Positions 10,308 to 20,615 of a DNA stretch of 64,000 nt are shown here, in pieces (position 1 is the first letter of the stretch; each line of letters opens with the position of its first letter). The stretch lies in assembly GCA_963703955.1 (NCBI GenBank), contig CAVPGK010000023.1, positions 85,117 to 149,116 on the forward strand, given 5' to 3'. This DNA comes from Nitrospirota bacterium. GTDB taxonomy: Bacteria; Nitrospirota; Nitrospiria; Nitrospirales; Nitrospiraceae. Both the position numbers and the translations under genes were made by a program. The notes beneath the pieces are model-generated. The model saw only the letters and a program-made list of their open reading frames with translations, did no database searches and was not told where the DNA came from.

Positions 10308-11774
10308 ATGAAACAGACTTTTCGCACCACATCTCTCATCATTGCACTTATCAGTCTTAGTGGTCTTACTAAACTTTCCGTCGCTGCTGAGATCGATGCG
10401 AGCAAGTCGACTCCTCAGACCCAAGCGGCAAAGGATCCGCCCAATTCAGCAGGCGAGACAAGAAAAGAAATTCGAGAAAACGAAGACTCTTCAAACAAGC
10501 TGGACGCGCTGAAACTGGATCGAGATCTCCTTCAAAGCAAAGTCGATGACCTCCAGCGCCAACTTGAAAGCGCCCAGCAGGACCTCGCGAGCGGCAAGAA
10601 AACACTCGCTGACGTGAATGCCCGTGTGGCCGCGTTGGAAAAGGAAAAGGGCCAAATTGCGGCCGCGCTGACTGAGGCGCGTGATCAGGCCCGAGATTCG
10701 GCCACCAAGCTGGCAGCCGAGCAGGTGAAGGCGGCCACGCTGAGAGAGGATAAGCAGCGCCTGATGAGCGGCACCACGACCGCGAAGGAGGAAATCGCCC
10801 GGTTGCAGAAACGGGCCGGGGAACTCGAAACGGAGGCCGCGCGGGCGGATGATCTCAACAAGCGGCTGGCGGAGCGTGATCAAGAAATCGAGCGTCTGCG
10901 TAAGGCTGCGGCGGACCGTGAGACCTTGGCCGGCAAGGTTGCCGGGCTGACGGAGAAGCTGGAACGCGCCAAGCAACGCGTGGCGGCGCTTACCGAAGAA
11001 TTGGCGGCTCGCACCGAGGAGGTCGCGCACGCGCGTCAGGAGCGTGACCAACTGGCACAAGAGGCGCGCCGCCAGCAGGGCACCAAAGAGGAGACGCCCA
11101 TCGTTTCGACGGCCCCATCGGGACGTGCCGAGGCCGCTCTCTCCGTCGAACGTGACGCGTCAGCGGACAAGTCCGCACGAGAACGGGTTAAGCCGGAAGC
11201 CACGCTCGCTCAGGCGGAAGAACGACGCTCGTCCGAAGAGGCGAAGCCGTCGGCAAATGGACAGGAGCCTAAGCCAGCGACGAAGGAAGCGAAAGACGCG
11301 AAGGAACCGGGTCAACGCTTAGCGGCCGCGCATGCTACGTTGGCCAAGTCCTTCGAGGCCGACATCGCCAAGGGCGATCTCACTGTCCACAATGCACCGT
11401 ACCGGCTGACGATCACGATGGCGGATCGTGCGCTCTTTGAGCCGGGGGTCGGCCAGATCAAGCCTGAGGGCGTGAAGTTGCTCAAGAAAGTCAGCGACGT
11501 GTTGAAAACGTTGCCCGATAAGCAGGTCAGGATCGAAAGCCATCCCAATGAGCCGCCTGGGACGGCACAACCGAAAGATAAAGGTCCCGGCAACTGGGAA
11601 TTGTCGATGGCGCGCACGGCCCATCTTGTCCAACACCTGCTTGATGAAGGCGCCGTGGACTCGAGCAATCTCTCCGTTGGTGTTTCATCTGACGTGCCGG
11701 GCTCCGGGAATAATACGGAAGAAGGCCGCCAAGTCGCGCGTCAAACGGAAATCATCCTCTCTCTAAAGAATTGA
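10308..11774 (+). CDS. Exported coiled-coil protein with a C-terminal OmpA/MotB-like domain
   Basis: Signal peptide, long coiled coil, then LFEPG...VRIESH...NWELSMAR. Confidence 0.85.
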   Translation: MKQTFRTTSLIIALISLSGLTKLSVAAEIDASKSTPQTQAAKDPPNSAGETRKEIRENEDSSNKLDALKLDRDLLQSKVDDLQRQLESAQQDLASGKKTLADVNARVAALEKEKGQIAAALTEARDQARDSATKLAAEQVKAATLREDKQRLMSGTTTAKEEIARLQKRAGELETEAARADDLNKRLAERDQEIERLRKAAADRETLAGKVAGLTEKLERAKQRVAALTEELAARTEEVAHARQERDQLAQEARRQQGTKEETPIVSTAPSGRAEAALSVERDASADKSARERVKPEATLAQAEERRSSEEAKPSANGQEPKPATKEAKDAKEPGQRLAAAHATLAKSFEADIAKGDLTVHNAPYRLTITMADRALFEPGVGQIKPEGVKLLKKVSDVLKTLPDKQVRIESHPNEPPGTAQPKDKGPGNWELSMARTAHLVQHLLDEGAVDSSNLSVGVSSDVPGSGNNTEEGRQVARQTEIILSLKN

Positions 11775-11823
11775 CTCAGCGGGTCGTTGCCCATTGATTC
11801 GTGACTTGCTGACTCAGCTTTTC

Positions 11824-12306
11824 ATGATCATTATCGTGATGGGCGTGTCCGGCTCAGGCAAGTCCACGATCGGCGAGCGCCTGGCGAACGCCCTGCACTG
11901 GACGTTTGTCGATGCCGACACGTTTCACCCTCCATCAAACATCGACAAGATGAGTCGTGGCATCCCGCTCATCGATGCCGATCGCTTGCCGTGGCTTCTG
12001 ACGCTCAGAAAATTGATTGATGGCTGGTTGGATGAAGGTCGAAACGTCGTCCTCGCTTGTTCCGCGTTGAAGTCAGCTTATCGTGAAATCCTTATGGGTA
12101 ACACGACTCAGACGAGGCTGGTCTATCTCAAAGGGACGATGACCCTGTTGCAGGAACGGATGGCCCGGCGGCAACACTTCATGCCGAAAGAATTGCTCCA
12201 AAGCCAAATGGACAGTTTGGAGGAGCCGGTGGACGCCATTACGATAAACGCGGCTGAACCGCCCGACAGGATGATCGAGCAGATCAGGGATCGCTTAGCG
12301 CTCTAA
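11824..12306 (+). CDS. gntK: Gluconokinase (GntK/IdnK type)
   Basis: MGVSGSGKST P-loop, DADTFHP, DRLPWL, ACSALK, HFMP..LLQSQ...LEEP. Confidence 0.92.
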   Translation: MIIIVMGVSGSGKSTIGERLANALHWTFVDADTFHPPSNIDKMSRGIPLIDADRLPWLLTLRKLIDGWLDEGRNVVLACSALKSAYREILMGNTTQTRLVYLKGTMTLLQERMARRQHFMPKELLQSQMDSLEEPVDAITINAAEPPDRMIEQIRDRLAL

Positions 12307-12554
12307 CACTCTGCCCGGGGCGACTCATATTTTGCACTGGGAAGACCTCGCCGACAAGCCGAGCCAGGACTTGCGCGGGACTGTTGAGCCGCTTGATTCA
12401 GCCGTGAGGTCGTAGCCTCGGGACGTTGAATCATCCCCACCTCTCTGCCCAAGTTTGACCCTGCGCTTGTCTTTTCTGTAAGATGAGGCACAAACCTGTC
12501 GCGGGAGATCCATTGGACCCTCTCCTCCTGCCCTGACGGGCGATTGCCTTGTCT

Positions 12555-13358
12555 ATGGCCTCTTCCATTCCACCCTGGGCTTCCGTGATCATCCCGATCA
12601 AGGATGAGCGGGAGAATCTGATTCCCCTCATAGAACAATTGCTCAAGGTTTTAGAGTCGCGGGAAGAATCCCGTGCTGCTCCCTTTGAAATCCTCTTTGT
12701 CGACGACGGTAGCACGGACGGAAGCAGTGCGCTTCTCGATCAACTTGTGGAGCAATACGCGCGCGTCGAGGTGATCCACTTCGACAAGAATTACGGCAAG
12801 ACCGCCGCCTTGGACGCAGGGTTTAAGCACGCCCGAGGTGAATTGGTCATCATTATGGACGGGGATCTTCAAACGGACCCTGCCGACATTGAGACCCTCC
12901 TCCCGGATGTCGCTCAGTACGACTTGGTATGCGGCCGGCGGACGGTTCGACAAGATCACCTTATTCGGAAGATGTCGTCACGCATCGCGAATATTGTCCG
13001 CAATGCCGTCATCAGAGACGGCATGCACGACACAGGTTGCGGGTTCATGATTTTTCGTCGAGCGGTCATCAAGAAACTACCGCTCTTCGAAGGGCTGCAC
13101 CGCTTTTTCCCGGCTCTCGCCTTGATGTATGGCTTCACCGTCACCGAAGTCCCTGTCCGCCACTATCCGCGTGTGCACGGAATCTCAAAATACGGAGTGG
13201 GCAACCGTCTGTTTAAGGGCCTCTATGATTTGATAGCCGTTCGCTGGATGCAAAGTCGATGCTTGCGATATCGGATTCGTAACGATTCACCCACTATGGA
13301 CTCCAGTTCCCTCTCTTCGAACCCACCTCATCCTGACCGATCCCATGGCCTCCATTAG
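12555..13358 (+). CDS. Glycosyltransferase family 2 (ArnC/polyprenol-phosphate glycosyltransferase-like)
   Basis: VDDGSTD, NYGKTAAL, MDGDLQ, DTGCG, HRFFPAL, SKYG. Confidence 0.92.
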   Translation: MASSIPPWASVIIPIKDERENLIPLIEQLLKVLESREESRAAPFEILFVDDGSTDGSSALLDQLVEQYARVEVIHFDKNYGKTAALDAGFKHARGELVIIMDGDLQTDPADIETLLPDVAQYDLVCGRRTVRQDHLIRKMSSRIANIVRNAVIRDGMHDTGCGFMIFRRAVIKKLPLFEGLHRFFPALALMYGFTVTEVPVRHYPRVHGISKYGVGNRLFKGLYDLIAVRWMQSRCLRYRIRNDSPTMDSSSLSSNPPHPDRSHGLH

Positions 13359-15063
13359 AGCCAGTCATCTTCTTCTGGTCATCGCTTTGGCTTGCGTGTT
13401 CTTCGTCTGGGGACTCGGCTCGATTGGCCTCACGGATCGAGACGAGGGGAGAAACGCCGAGGCGGGACGCGAGATGTTCGAGACCGGGGATGCGATAACC
13501 CCCACGTTTAACTACGAGCCGCGTTTCATCAAGCCGGCCATGCTGTACTGGCTGATGAGCGCCTCCTACCGCGTGTTCGGGGAGAACGAATTTGCCGCCC
13601 GCTTTCCGTCAGCCCTGTTCGGCGTCGGGCTGATCGCTCTCCTGTACCTGTTCTTGACTCATGAGCGCGGACCGATCGTCGGACTATTCGGCGCCGTGAT
13701 GCTTCTCTTGAATGTCGGAATGGTCGCTTCTGCGCGCCAGGCGTTGACCGATATGGTCCTGATCTTCTTCACGACCCTGGCCACCTTCTCGTTCTGGTTG
13801 GGTTTCCACGAAAAAGGACCGAAGCGGCGGTGGCTATGGGTGTCGTATATCGCGATGGCCTTCGGAACGCTGACCAAAGGACCGCTCGGCATCCTGGTTC
13901 CCCTCCTTGCCATCGTCCCCTATTTGACGGTCACGAAGCAATGGAGGCGGTTTTGGCAGCACGGATTCCCTCTGCGAGGATTCACACTCTACCTCGCCCT
14001 GGCGCTTCCCTGGTACGCGGTCATGCTCACGCTGCATGGATCGAGCTACGGCTCTGATGTTCAAACCCATACGCTCTCCCGTTTCCTCAACCCATTTTAC
14101 GGGTGGGGAGGAACCGTGTTGTTCTATGTGCCGGTCCTGCTATGGGGATTCTTTCCGTGGAGCGCCTTCCTGCCGGTCGCGCTCTACGAGCAGTACAAGG
14201 TGTGGAAGGGACGGGGCGTGAGCGTCGCGAATGCCGGGCTTCACGATCGAGACCCCGCGGGCCAACATCGGAATCTGGACCTCTTCGCGGGGCTCTGGTT
14301 CCTGACAGTCTTTATCTTCTTCAGCCTTGGCGCCACCCGCCTTCCACACTATATCGGTCCCCTGTATCCTGCCGCTGCCATCGTGGCAGCCTCCTACTGG
14401 GCACGCGCAAGTCAGGATCCCGCGCCTTTCGGGTTGCGGCTCGCGCTCTGGATCATGCTCACACTGGGGGTTCTGCTCGCGCTGGTATTTGGCGCCCTCC
14501 CGTCCGTCTTCGATGCCTTTGCGGAGAAATTGGCCAAGACCTTCCCCTACGCGACACACTTTCACTTTGATGCGGGACCCTATGCTGTCTCTATTCTATT
14601 GCTGGCCGGCATGGCCCTGGTGGGCTACCTAGGGTTTTCCCCGTCCCGGCGCGCCGGTGTATTTTGGGCGGCAGGGACCACGATTGCCTTGGTCATCCTG
14701 ATCATGTTGCATCTCACGCTTCCTCAACTCAGCCGGTATTTCCTCGCGCCCCCGCAGGAGCTGGCCCTCACGGCGGGGCTCTCTCTACAGCCCGCGGATC
14801 GATTGATTTTCTACGGTCCGAATCGGCCGTCGGCGGTGTTCTACGCGAAGCGAAAAGTCATTGTGGTTCGACTGAACGAGGAGGGGAATATCGGCCCTCA
14901 CGTGAAGGAACCCGGCCGCACGATGATCGTGCTCCCAGCTTCGTTGCGCGACAAGTTGCCTGAGGAAGCCTCAACCCTACCGGTTATCCAGGAACGGTTC
15001 GGGTGGATTCTACTGGCAGAAAGAAATAGAGGCGGAGAGTCTTTGTCCGACCACGCCAAATGA
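13345..15063 (+). CDS. ArnT/PMT-like membrane glycosyltransferase
   Basis: DEGRNAEAGREM, KP..YWL, ARFPSA, LTKGP, FFPW, LPHYI.PLYP; overlaps the end of the GT2 gene. Confidence 0.92.
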   Translation: MASIRASHLLLVIALACVFFVWGLGSIGLTDRDEGRNAEAGREMFETGDAITPTFNYEPRFIKPAMLYWLMSASYRVFGENEFAARFPSALFGVGLIALLYLFLTHERGPIVGLFGAVMLLLNVGMVASARQALTDMVLIFFTTLATFSFWLGFHEKGPKRRWLWVSYIAMAFGTLTKGPLGILVPLLAIVPYLTVTKQWRRFWQHGFPLRGFTLYLALALPWYAVMLTLHGSSYGSDVQTHTLSRFLNPFYGWGGTVLFYVPVLLWGFFPWSAFLPVALYEQYKVWKGRGVSVANAGLHDRDPAGQHRNLDLFAGLWFLTVFIFFSLGATRLPHYIGPLYPAAAIVAASYWARASQDPAPFGLRLALWIMLTLGVLLALVFGALPSVFDAFAEKLAKTFPYATHFHFDAGPYAVSILLLAGMALVGYLGFSPSRRAGVFWAAGTTIALVILIMLHLTLPQLSRYFLAPPQELALTAGLSLQPADRLIFYGPNRPSAVFYAKRKVIVVRLNEEGNIGPHVKEPGRTMIVLPASLRDKLPEEASTLPVIQERFGWILLAERNRGGESLSDHAK

Positions 15064-15154
15064 TGCAAGCAGCGCCTTGCGACATCACGGCAACAGGCGG
15101 AATGACACGGCGACGCAGAATCCAAGAGGATGGTTGACTGTCATTCAGAGCAAG

Positions 15155-16229
15155 TCAGATAGCAAAATACCGTCGGACCAGTTCAGGCTGCAGAATCGTC
15201 AAAAGTTCCCCGGCAAGCTTGAGAGTGTAATAGCAGCACGCAATTGCGGCCGCCCCGACGAGGCCCATGCGTCCGAGTCCCACGTCACGATAATGCCTGC
15301 GAATCCGTGAAAATGAACTGCCGAGAGACTCTCGGTACCTCCAGTAGATCCAATAACAAGAAGCAAACTGGGGACCGCCGTCCTTGCTGTGCCTCTTACC
15401 CTCGATCACTGCATCGTGCCCCGCAATCAGTGCTCTGCAGATGAAGTGCCTCAATCCGTTTGGCGGAGGATGGGACACACGTGCGCTTCGCTGCCGAAAA
15501 ATGGGTATGCCCCGCTCCTTGAGTTGACCCGCCAACGCGACACATTGCCCACGATATTGTGGTAGGCACGGGAAGGGATTCGATTCGAATACCTCACGCC
15601 GAAAGGCGATGTTGTTCGCAAAGAACTGGTCTGTCTGGCAGAGCCCATCGCCTTCTTCCCGGAGCGGAAAGAACCAAAACAGCGCAACGGCCTTGCTGTA
15701 GAGGCCTTCCAGGGAAATATAGGTGCCGCCGCAGACGACCTGCACCGCAGGATTGCGAAATGCCCGGAGTAAACCGGCCAACCACCCCTCTTCCGGGATA
15801 ACATCGCTATCGAGAAATACAATCACATCGCCGTAAAGTCTGCCGTGCGCCAAAATTCTTTAGATCGTAGTAGCTCAACCCATCGGACGCGATGATCTTC
15901 AGTTCATCCAGCAGGTCTTGAGACTTGAATGCTTCATGAGTGATCTGTTCTATGAGCTGACGATCGACCGCGAAGCGGTCATACACGACGATGAGCTCTG
16001 GTCGAAACAGAGCACGCGCCCCCAGTTGGGCAACCTGCTGCTCCAGTTGCTGCAACATCTTTCTCGCTCGCCCCGCTTCGGAGAGGCGCGCGTTGTCCCA
16101 TTCGATCACAAACGAAACTTTGGGAATCGTTGAAACTTCAGTGACTGCTGGTGATCGGAACTGTTCCTTTGTGTCGTGGGGGAAGGACACTTCGGCGAGA
16201 ACGGGATGTTCTGCCATGGCTGCTTCCAT
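15155..16229 (-). CDS. Glycosyltransferase family 2, frameshift at the A3 run 15835-15837
   Basis: ...YYDLKNFGARQT joins YGDVIVFLDSD (DxD motif) if one base is removed; also FFANNIAFRR. Confidence 0.8.
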
Positions 16230-16238
16230 CGCCGAGAC

Positions 16239-16517
16239 TTAACGATGAACCAGTGCTCGGCCGACCAGAAGCCATTGTCCATTGAGGCGGGTCCGATCCA
16301 GGACCTCAATTGCTCTCCTGGCTTCCTCCGTAGATGCCATCACAACATACCCTGCCAACGGCAACCGTGCGGACACACTCGTCAGAATCCTCGCCGATAC
16401 CACTTGGCCATAGGCGGCAAACAGGTCATGGAGCTGCTGATCATCGAAACCCCGTGGTAGGCCATCAACAAAGAGTTTGGTGCCCGTGACCGCGTCGCTG
16501 GTTGATCGTATCTCCAT
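16239..16517 (-). CDS. RRM (RNA recognition motif) protein
   Basis: RNP2-like KLFVDGLP, LHDLFAAYGQVVSARI, RNP1-like LAGYVVM, EEARRAIEVL. Confidence 0.85.
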   Translation of the reverse strand: MEIRSTSDAVTGTKLFVDGLPRGFDDQQLHDLFAAYGQVVSARILTSVSARLPLAGYVVMASTEEARRAIEVLDRTRLNGQWLLVGRALVHR

Positions 16518-16677
16518 TACCGAATGAAATTCCGAGGCTTTTGCAGCATCACTTGGGCTTCTCGCGCATAGCCGCAGGTGCCGCAGCGCCAGACCTGCGA
16601 CCACAGCTCCTTTCCATCGGCCAGATCGAGAATCCGATCCATCACCTGCATAGGAACTTGACACTGTTACAAGGCAT
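16517..16677 (-). CDS. Small CxxC...CxxC zinc-ribbon protein with one frameshift (absent from the ORF track)
   Basis: MPCN[x]CQVPMQVMDRILDLADGKELWSQVWRCGTCGYAREAQ...; its TAA overlaps the RRM ATG (TAATG). Confidence 0.65.
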
Positions 16678-17167
16678 CGGCCACCATCATAGGTCGAGCG
16701 GCTGACACCAAGCATGAGCCGGGGACCGAACAGGAACAAGTATTCCAAAGTAGCTAGACTTTGGTCTCTGGTTTCTGGAGGTATATTGATCGGGAACTAA
16801 TTTGAAGGCGGCACTACGGTTGGGCCCCTGTCGGCACCACATACTAAATCCATGGATCTTAAATCCATGAATCTCCGCAACAGAGCAGAAGATTCGTCGC
16901 AACACCTCTTTTTGGGGTTCTACAAAATCAGCCGCTTGCACCGCCTGGGATTATCTCTGATTGCTATTACGATCTCGCAGATGTTTGAAGATCACATGAG
17001 ATCGCGCTCAGAACAAATCTAAGATCAAGGATCAGGTTGTGGCGAAACAGAAGGCGCGTGCGGAAACCATGAAGTTTGCCCCGAGAGACCAACCCCCGAC
17101 TCAATAGAAATTTACGATCCACGCTGAATTCGAGACAGAAATACAGGGTGGTTCGTTCTGTTCTCTG

Positions 17168-18505
17168 CTAGTCCTTACGACCTGCGATCCAGGCGCCATG
17201 GGGCATTTTGAAGCCTTGCTTGGAGTTGGCAATCTCAGAAACCGCGAGCGTTCCTGTATCGATCTTGAGAACATAGCCGGAGGTGTAGCTTTCGACAACC
17301 ACACTTCTTTCATCCACCGAGGTCGACAGACTGTGGGCCACACTGAAATCCGCGGGAAGCTCGTGGCCTGGGCGCAGCCGTCTGATGAACTTCGGGCGGT
17401 CGCGATTGGAGAAGTCGAACACGGACACAAAGCCATCATCGGCATATGACGCATCAAGCGAATCCTCTTCCGCGATAAACAATTTGTTGCTAGCGACAGC
17501 GATCCAGGAGGCCGACCGCAGGACGCCGGGATCGTCTACATCATTAGCAGTCCCAATGATTTTGTTGGCTTTCATTGTCCGGGTATCGACGAGCCAGATA
17601 CTCGGACCAATGATTGAAGCTTGTGCGGGAGTCAGTGACGTAGGACCAAACTGCATAGTACCGGCGATGGCGAACTGCTCGTCCAGCCAGAAGGCATTAT
17701 TGATAAACGCGGCGTAACGATCGGCCGTTCCAAGGTGGATCTCGCCTAAGAGTTCCAGCGCCCCCGTTTGACGATCTGGGCGAAACACGCTGAGGTTGCT
17801 GTTGTCATAAAAATAGCCCGCACCTAAACCCACCGTGCCACTCCCGTTAAAATACACCCCGTGCAAGTGATTTGACGCGTTACCAAACCGCTGCGACCCA
17901 AGGAGCGTATCAGCCTCAACGTCTATCGCGACAATGCGGTCGTCGGTCCACATCGTAAAGTAGGCAAAGCGTGAGTGCGGCAGAAGAGTTGGACCATGAA
18001 GCTGGGCAAAAACGGGGCGACTCCAATCCTCGTCCACCTTCTTGTTGACATACTGATCGGGCGAGGTTTGAGTGACCGGAGGGAAGGTGCTGCGGCTACC
18101 CGCCTGATCGGTTTCCAGGTTCTTAACGACCTGAACATCCGCAGTTCCCGCCGCCCAATTAATGGAATTGATGTTGATCACGGCGATGCCGACTGGTTCG
18201 GTTGCAGACGCCATGTAAGTGACGAGAACCTTCTTCCCATTAGGAAGAAGCAGGGTGTGTTGTGGCGCGGGGCCCGGCCAGCCCGGAAGCGCCTTGAGGT
18301 CAACCTTGGCTTTGGCGCCGGTCAGCAGGTCGCTGAACACCAACGCGTACGTGTGCATGTCCACGAAACTCAGGAGTGAAGGGCCCGGCTCTTCGTGCCG
18401 CGTCTTTAGATTCCTTTCAGCCTCGAGATCGGGACGCGCACTGCAACCTACGAGTGCGATGATAAAGCACGACACAATAGATAAGGTGATCACATTTCGC
18501 TTCAT
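17168..18505 (-). CDS. Lipoprotein with a probable beta-propeller fold (YncE-like)
   Basis: Lipobox LVGC; repeated beta-strand blades (IVAIDV, LSVF, IWLVDT, VSVFD, VLKIDT); RBS AAGGAG. Confidence 0.75.
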   Translation of the reverse strand: MKRNVITLSIVSCFIIALVGCSARPDLEAERNLKTRHEEPGPSLLSFVDMHTYALVFSDLLTGAKAKVDLKALPGWPGPAPQHTLLLPNGKKVLVTYMASATEPVGIAVININSINWAAGTADVQVVKNLETDQAGSRSTFPPVTQTSPDQYVNKKVDEDWSRPVFAQLHGPTLLPHSRFAYFTMWTDDRIVAIDVEADTLLGSQRFGNASNHLHGVYFNGSGTVGLGAGYFYDNSNLSVFRPDRQTGALELLGEIHLGTADRYAAFINNAFWLDEQFAIAGTMQFGPTSLTPAQASIIGPSIWLVDTRTMKANKIIGTANDVDDPGVLRSASWIAVASNKLFIAEEDSLDASYADDGFVSVFDFSNRDRPKFIRRLRPGHELPADFSVAHSLSTSVDERSVVVESYTSGYVLKIDTGTLAVSEIANSKQGFKMPHGAWIAGRKD

Positions 18506-19465
18506 GGGTTGACTCCTTGCTCTTCCGTTGGAGTTGGCAGAGTGTGCTTCGTCGGAGCGGCTAGCGACGCCTTCGTTCTACCTACTGACGGCGCGTCATG
18601 CCGACCTTTGGCAAATTCCGGGCGCTCTCTACGGGAAAGGAAGAAGATTGTGTCGCGCATAGCCGACACAAAAATTCTTTTGAACTGAACCGCTCCGCCG
18701 ACCGCTTGGAATTTTAATACAACATTGGCCCGCTTGAGGAGAAGATTTGCGCTGGCCGTGGAGCGTCTGCTACGGGAGCGATGATCGGGAAGGGAACATG
18801 GGGCGATCAGTAAGTCCCAGGGCCATACGAGGGGTATGAGGCGGATGCCCTAGGATGGGTGCTGAGCTGCCAATTCTCGGCAACCGTGGCAGCCATACTT
18901 ATCACAAATGCCATTCAGCAACGTGAGAAAACAAGATTGCTATCGTTGGACGCAAAGGATTCTTCCGCTCGCGAGGCTACCGAGCATTGAGCTCATAAAT
19001 GCGTCCGAAAAGCCTCATTCCTACAAGAACTCTGACCGTTACGTACTCCACCATCGACTTCTTTGAAGGATGGGTAATACTTTGGGCCAGTTTCTCCTGC
19101 CCTCAATGTCCATTATTTTGGTCACCAACTACGGTGAACTCTTTGGCCAGCGGACGGTTTATGTACCGTAGAAGCTCTGACGCAATGGGTGGATAAACTA
19201 TAGAGTAACCAATACCGAGCAGATACCAGTCTCAACTTGTAGCAGGCAGGGGCTTTTGGGTTGGAGCCCGGCCTATCCCAGCTTCACCTCCTCTATCTTG
19301 ACCGCTAGTTGTCGTTAGCAGTATGCCTTCCTCCTTTTGGTCAATACCGGCCGACGTACAAACTACCTTATCGTGCTAGTGAGTCAAGAAGCGAGACCAG
19401 CGAATTAGGGTCGATACGGTAGGTATCGTACCTTAAGACATTTATTCTATAATGTAACACCGGCC

Positions 19466-20094
19466 ATGATGACGTCTAAGCAAGACCCCATGCACGCCGT
19501 GGCCATCGTGACGTGCTTCGTTGTTGCCACCTCTAGCCTCTCCGCCTTCGCGGTCCCGCCTCGGAGTCCATCAAACAGACGCATGCAGCTGTCTTGCAGG
19601 TTCTGCACGACCAAGACCTCCAAGACCCCGCACGAGCCGGAGAACGGCAGCAGCAGCTTAGCCTCATCATGGCCCAACGCTTCGGCTGTCGCGAAATGGC
19701 CCAACATCTCTTGGGTCCACAATGGAATGCCTTGGACGAAAACCAACGGGCAGAATTTGTTCGCTTATTTCGCCTGCTGCTTCTGAAGAATTATGCCAAT
19801 CAGATTGATCGATACGCCGATCAACGGATCGATTATCTAGACGAACAAGCACATAACGGAAGGGTTCTTGTCCGGACGAGACTCATCGCGCCGCAGCGTG
19901 AACTCTTATTGGAGTTTTGGCTCTTCGAGAGGCTCGGTGACTGGCTAGTTTATGATGTCGTGGTCGATGGGATCAGTCTGATCCAGAACTATCGTGGCCA
20001 AATCACGTATGTGTTGCGGATGTCCTCCTATGACAAGCTGGTTGAGAAAATGCAGCAGAAGGTCTGCCCTCACGGGTGCCGTGACGGCAAATGA
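19466..20094 (+). CDS. MlaC/Ttg2D-like periplasmic lipid-binding protein, frameshift near 19555
   Basis: Signal peptide in ORF 19466; EMAQHLLGPQW...QRAEFVRLF...WLVYDVVVDGISLIQNYRGQ in ORF 19594. Confidence 0.8.
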
Positions 20095-20434
20095 AAAGAT
20101 TTCTGAAGGCTTTGACGGCCATCCCGATTCGATCAGTAACTTCTGTGCCGGTATGGCAATCCTTTCTTTCTCTCCGGGCAGCATCAATACTCCAATAATC
20201 TTAGATAATTACCGAGCCAAGATCATCCGGCAACTCCGTTACCGGAACTTATCACATGCTCAGGGTGAAGCATCTCGATCCCTAATTCCGGTACCCTGCC
20301 CGGTGTCCAGCGATGCGGCAAAAGGCTGTGTGTTGGTCTCTCACGACATGCGGCTCAGTCGGCGGCCATGGCTAATGAAACTCGCCTCTGAAGCCGCTAG
20401 CTAAATGAGCAGAAGTCTTGCGGAAGAAGTGAGT

Positions 20435-20521
<87 letters not shown>

Positions 20522-20527
20522 GGGCGC

Positions 20528-20557
20528 ATTATAGAAGTGGCTCAAAACCCTTGTCAA
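20528..20557 (-). promoter_or_regulatory. Sigma-70 promoter of tRNA-Leu(GAG)
   Basis: Consensus TTGACA-N18-TATAAT on the minus strand, 8 nt before the tRNA. Confidence 0.85.
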
Positions 20558-20615
20558 TGAACCGTCCCTCCAGTACAATCCATCTCTCAGTGCGTGCCGC
20601 TGCTTCCGTAGCGCG

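Noticed and set aside
12325..12375. ACTGGGAAG…GAGCCAGGA resembling the 3' part of a cobalamin riboswitch
   Set aside because: The 5' core is absent and the downstream genes are unrelated to B12.
16825..16839. TCGGCACCA resembling the tRNA-Leu 3' end, as a possible att site
   Set aside because: Only about 9 bp match, and it is inverted relative to the tRNA; att duplicates should be direct repeats.
18875..18985. Fragments resembling a c-di-GMP-I riboswitch (GGACGCAAAG…GCTACCGA)
   Set aside because: No proper GGCAAAC/GNRA P2 or tetraloop-receptor P3, and no gene directly downstream.
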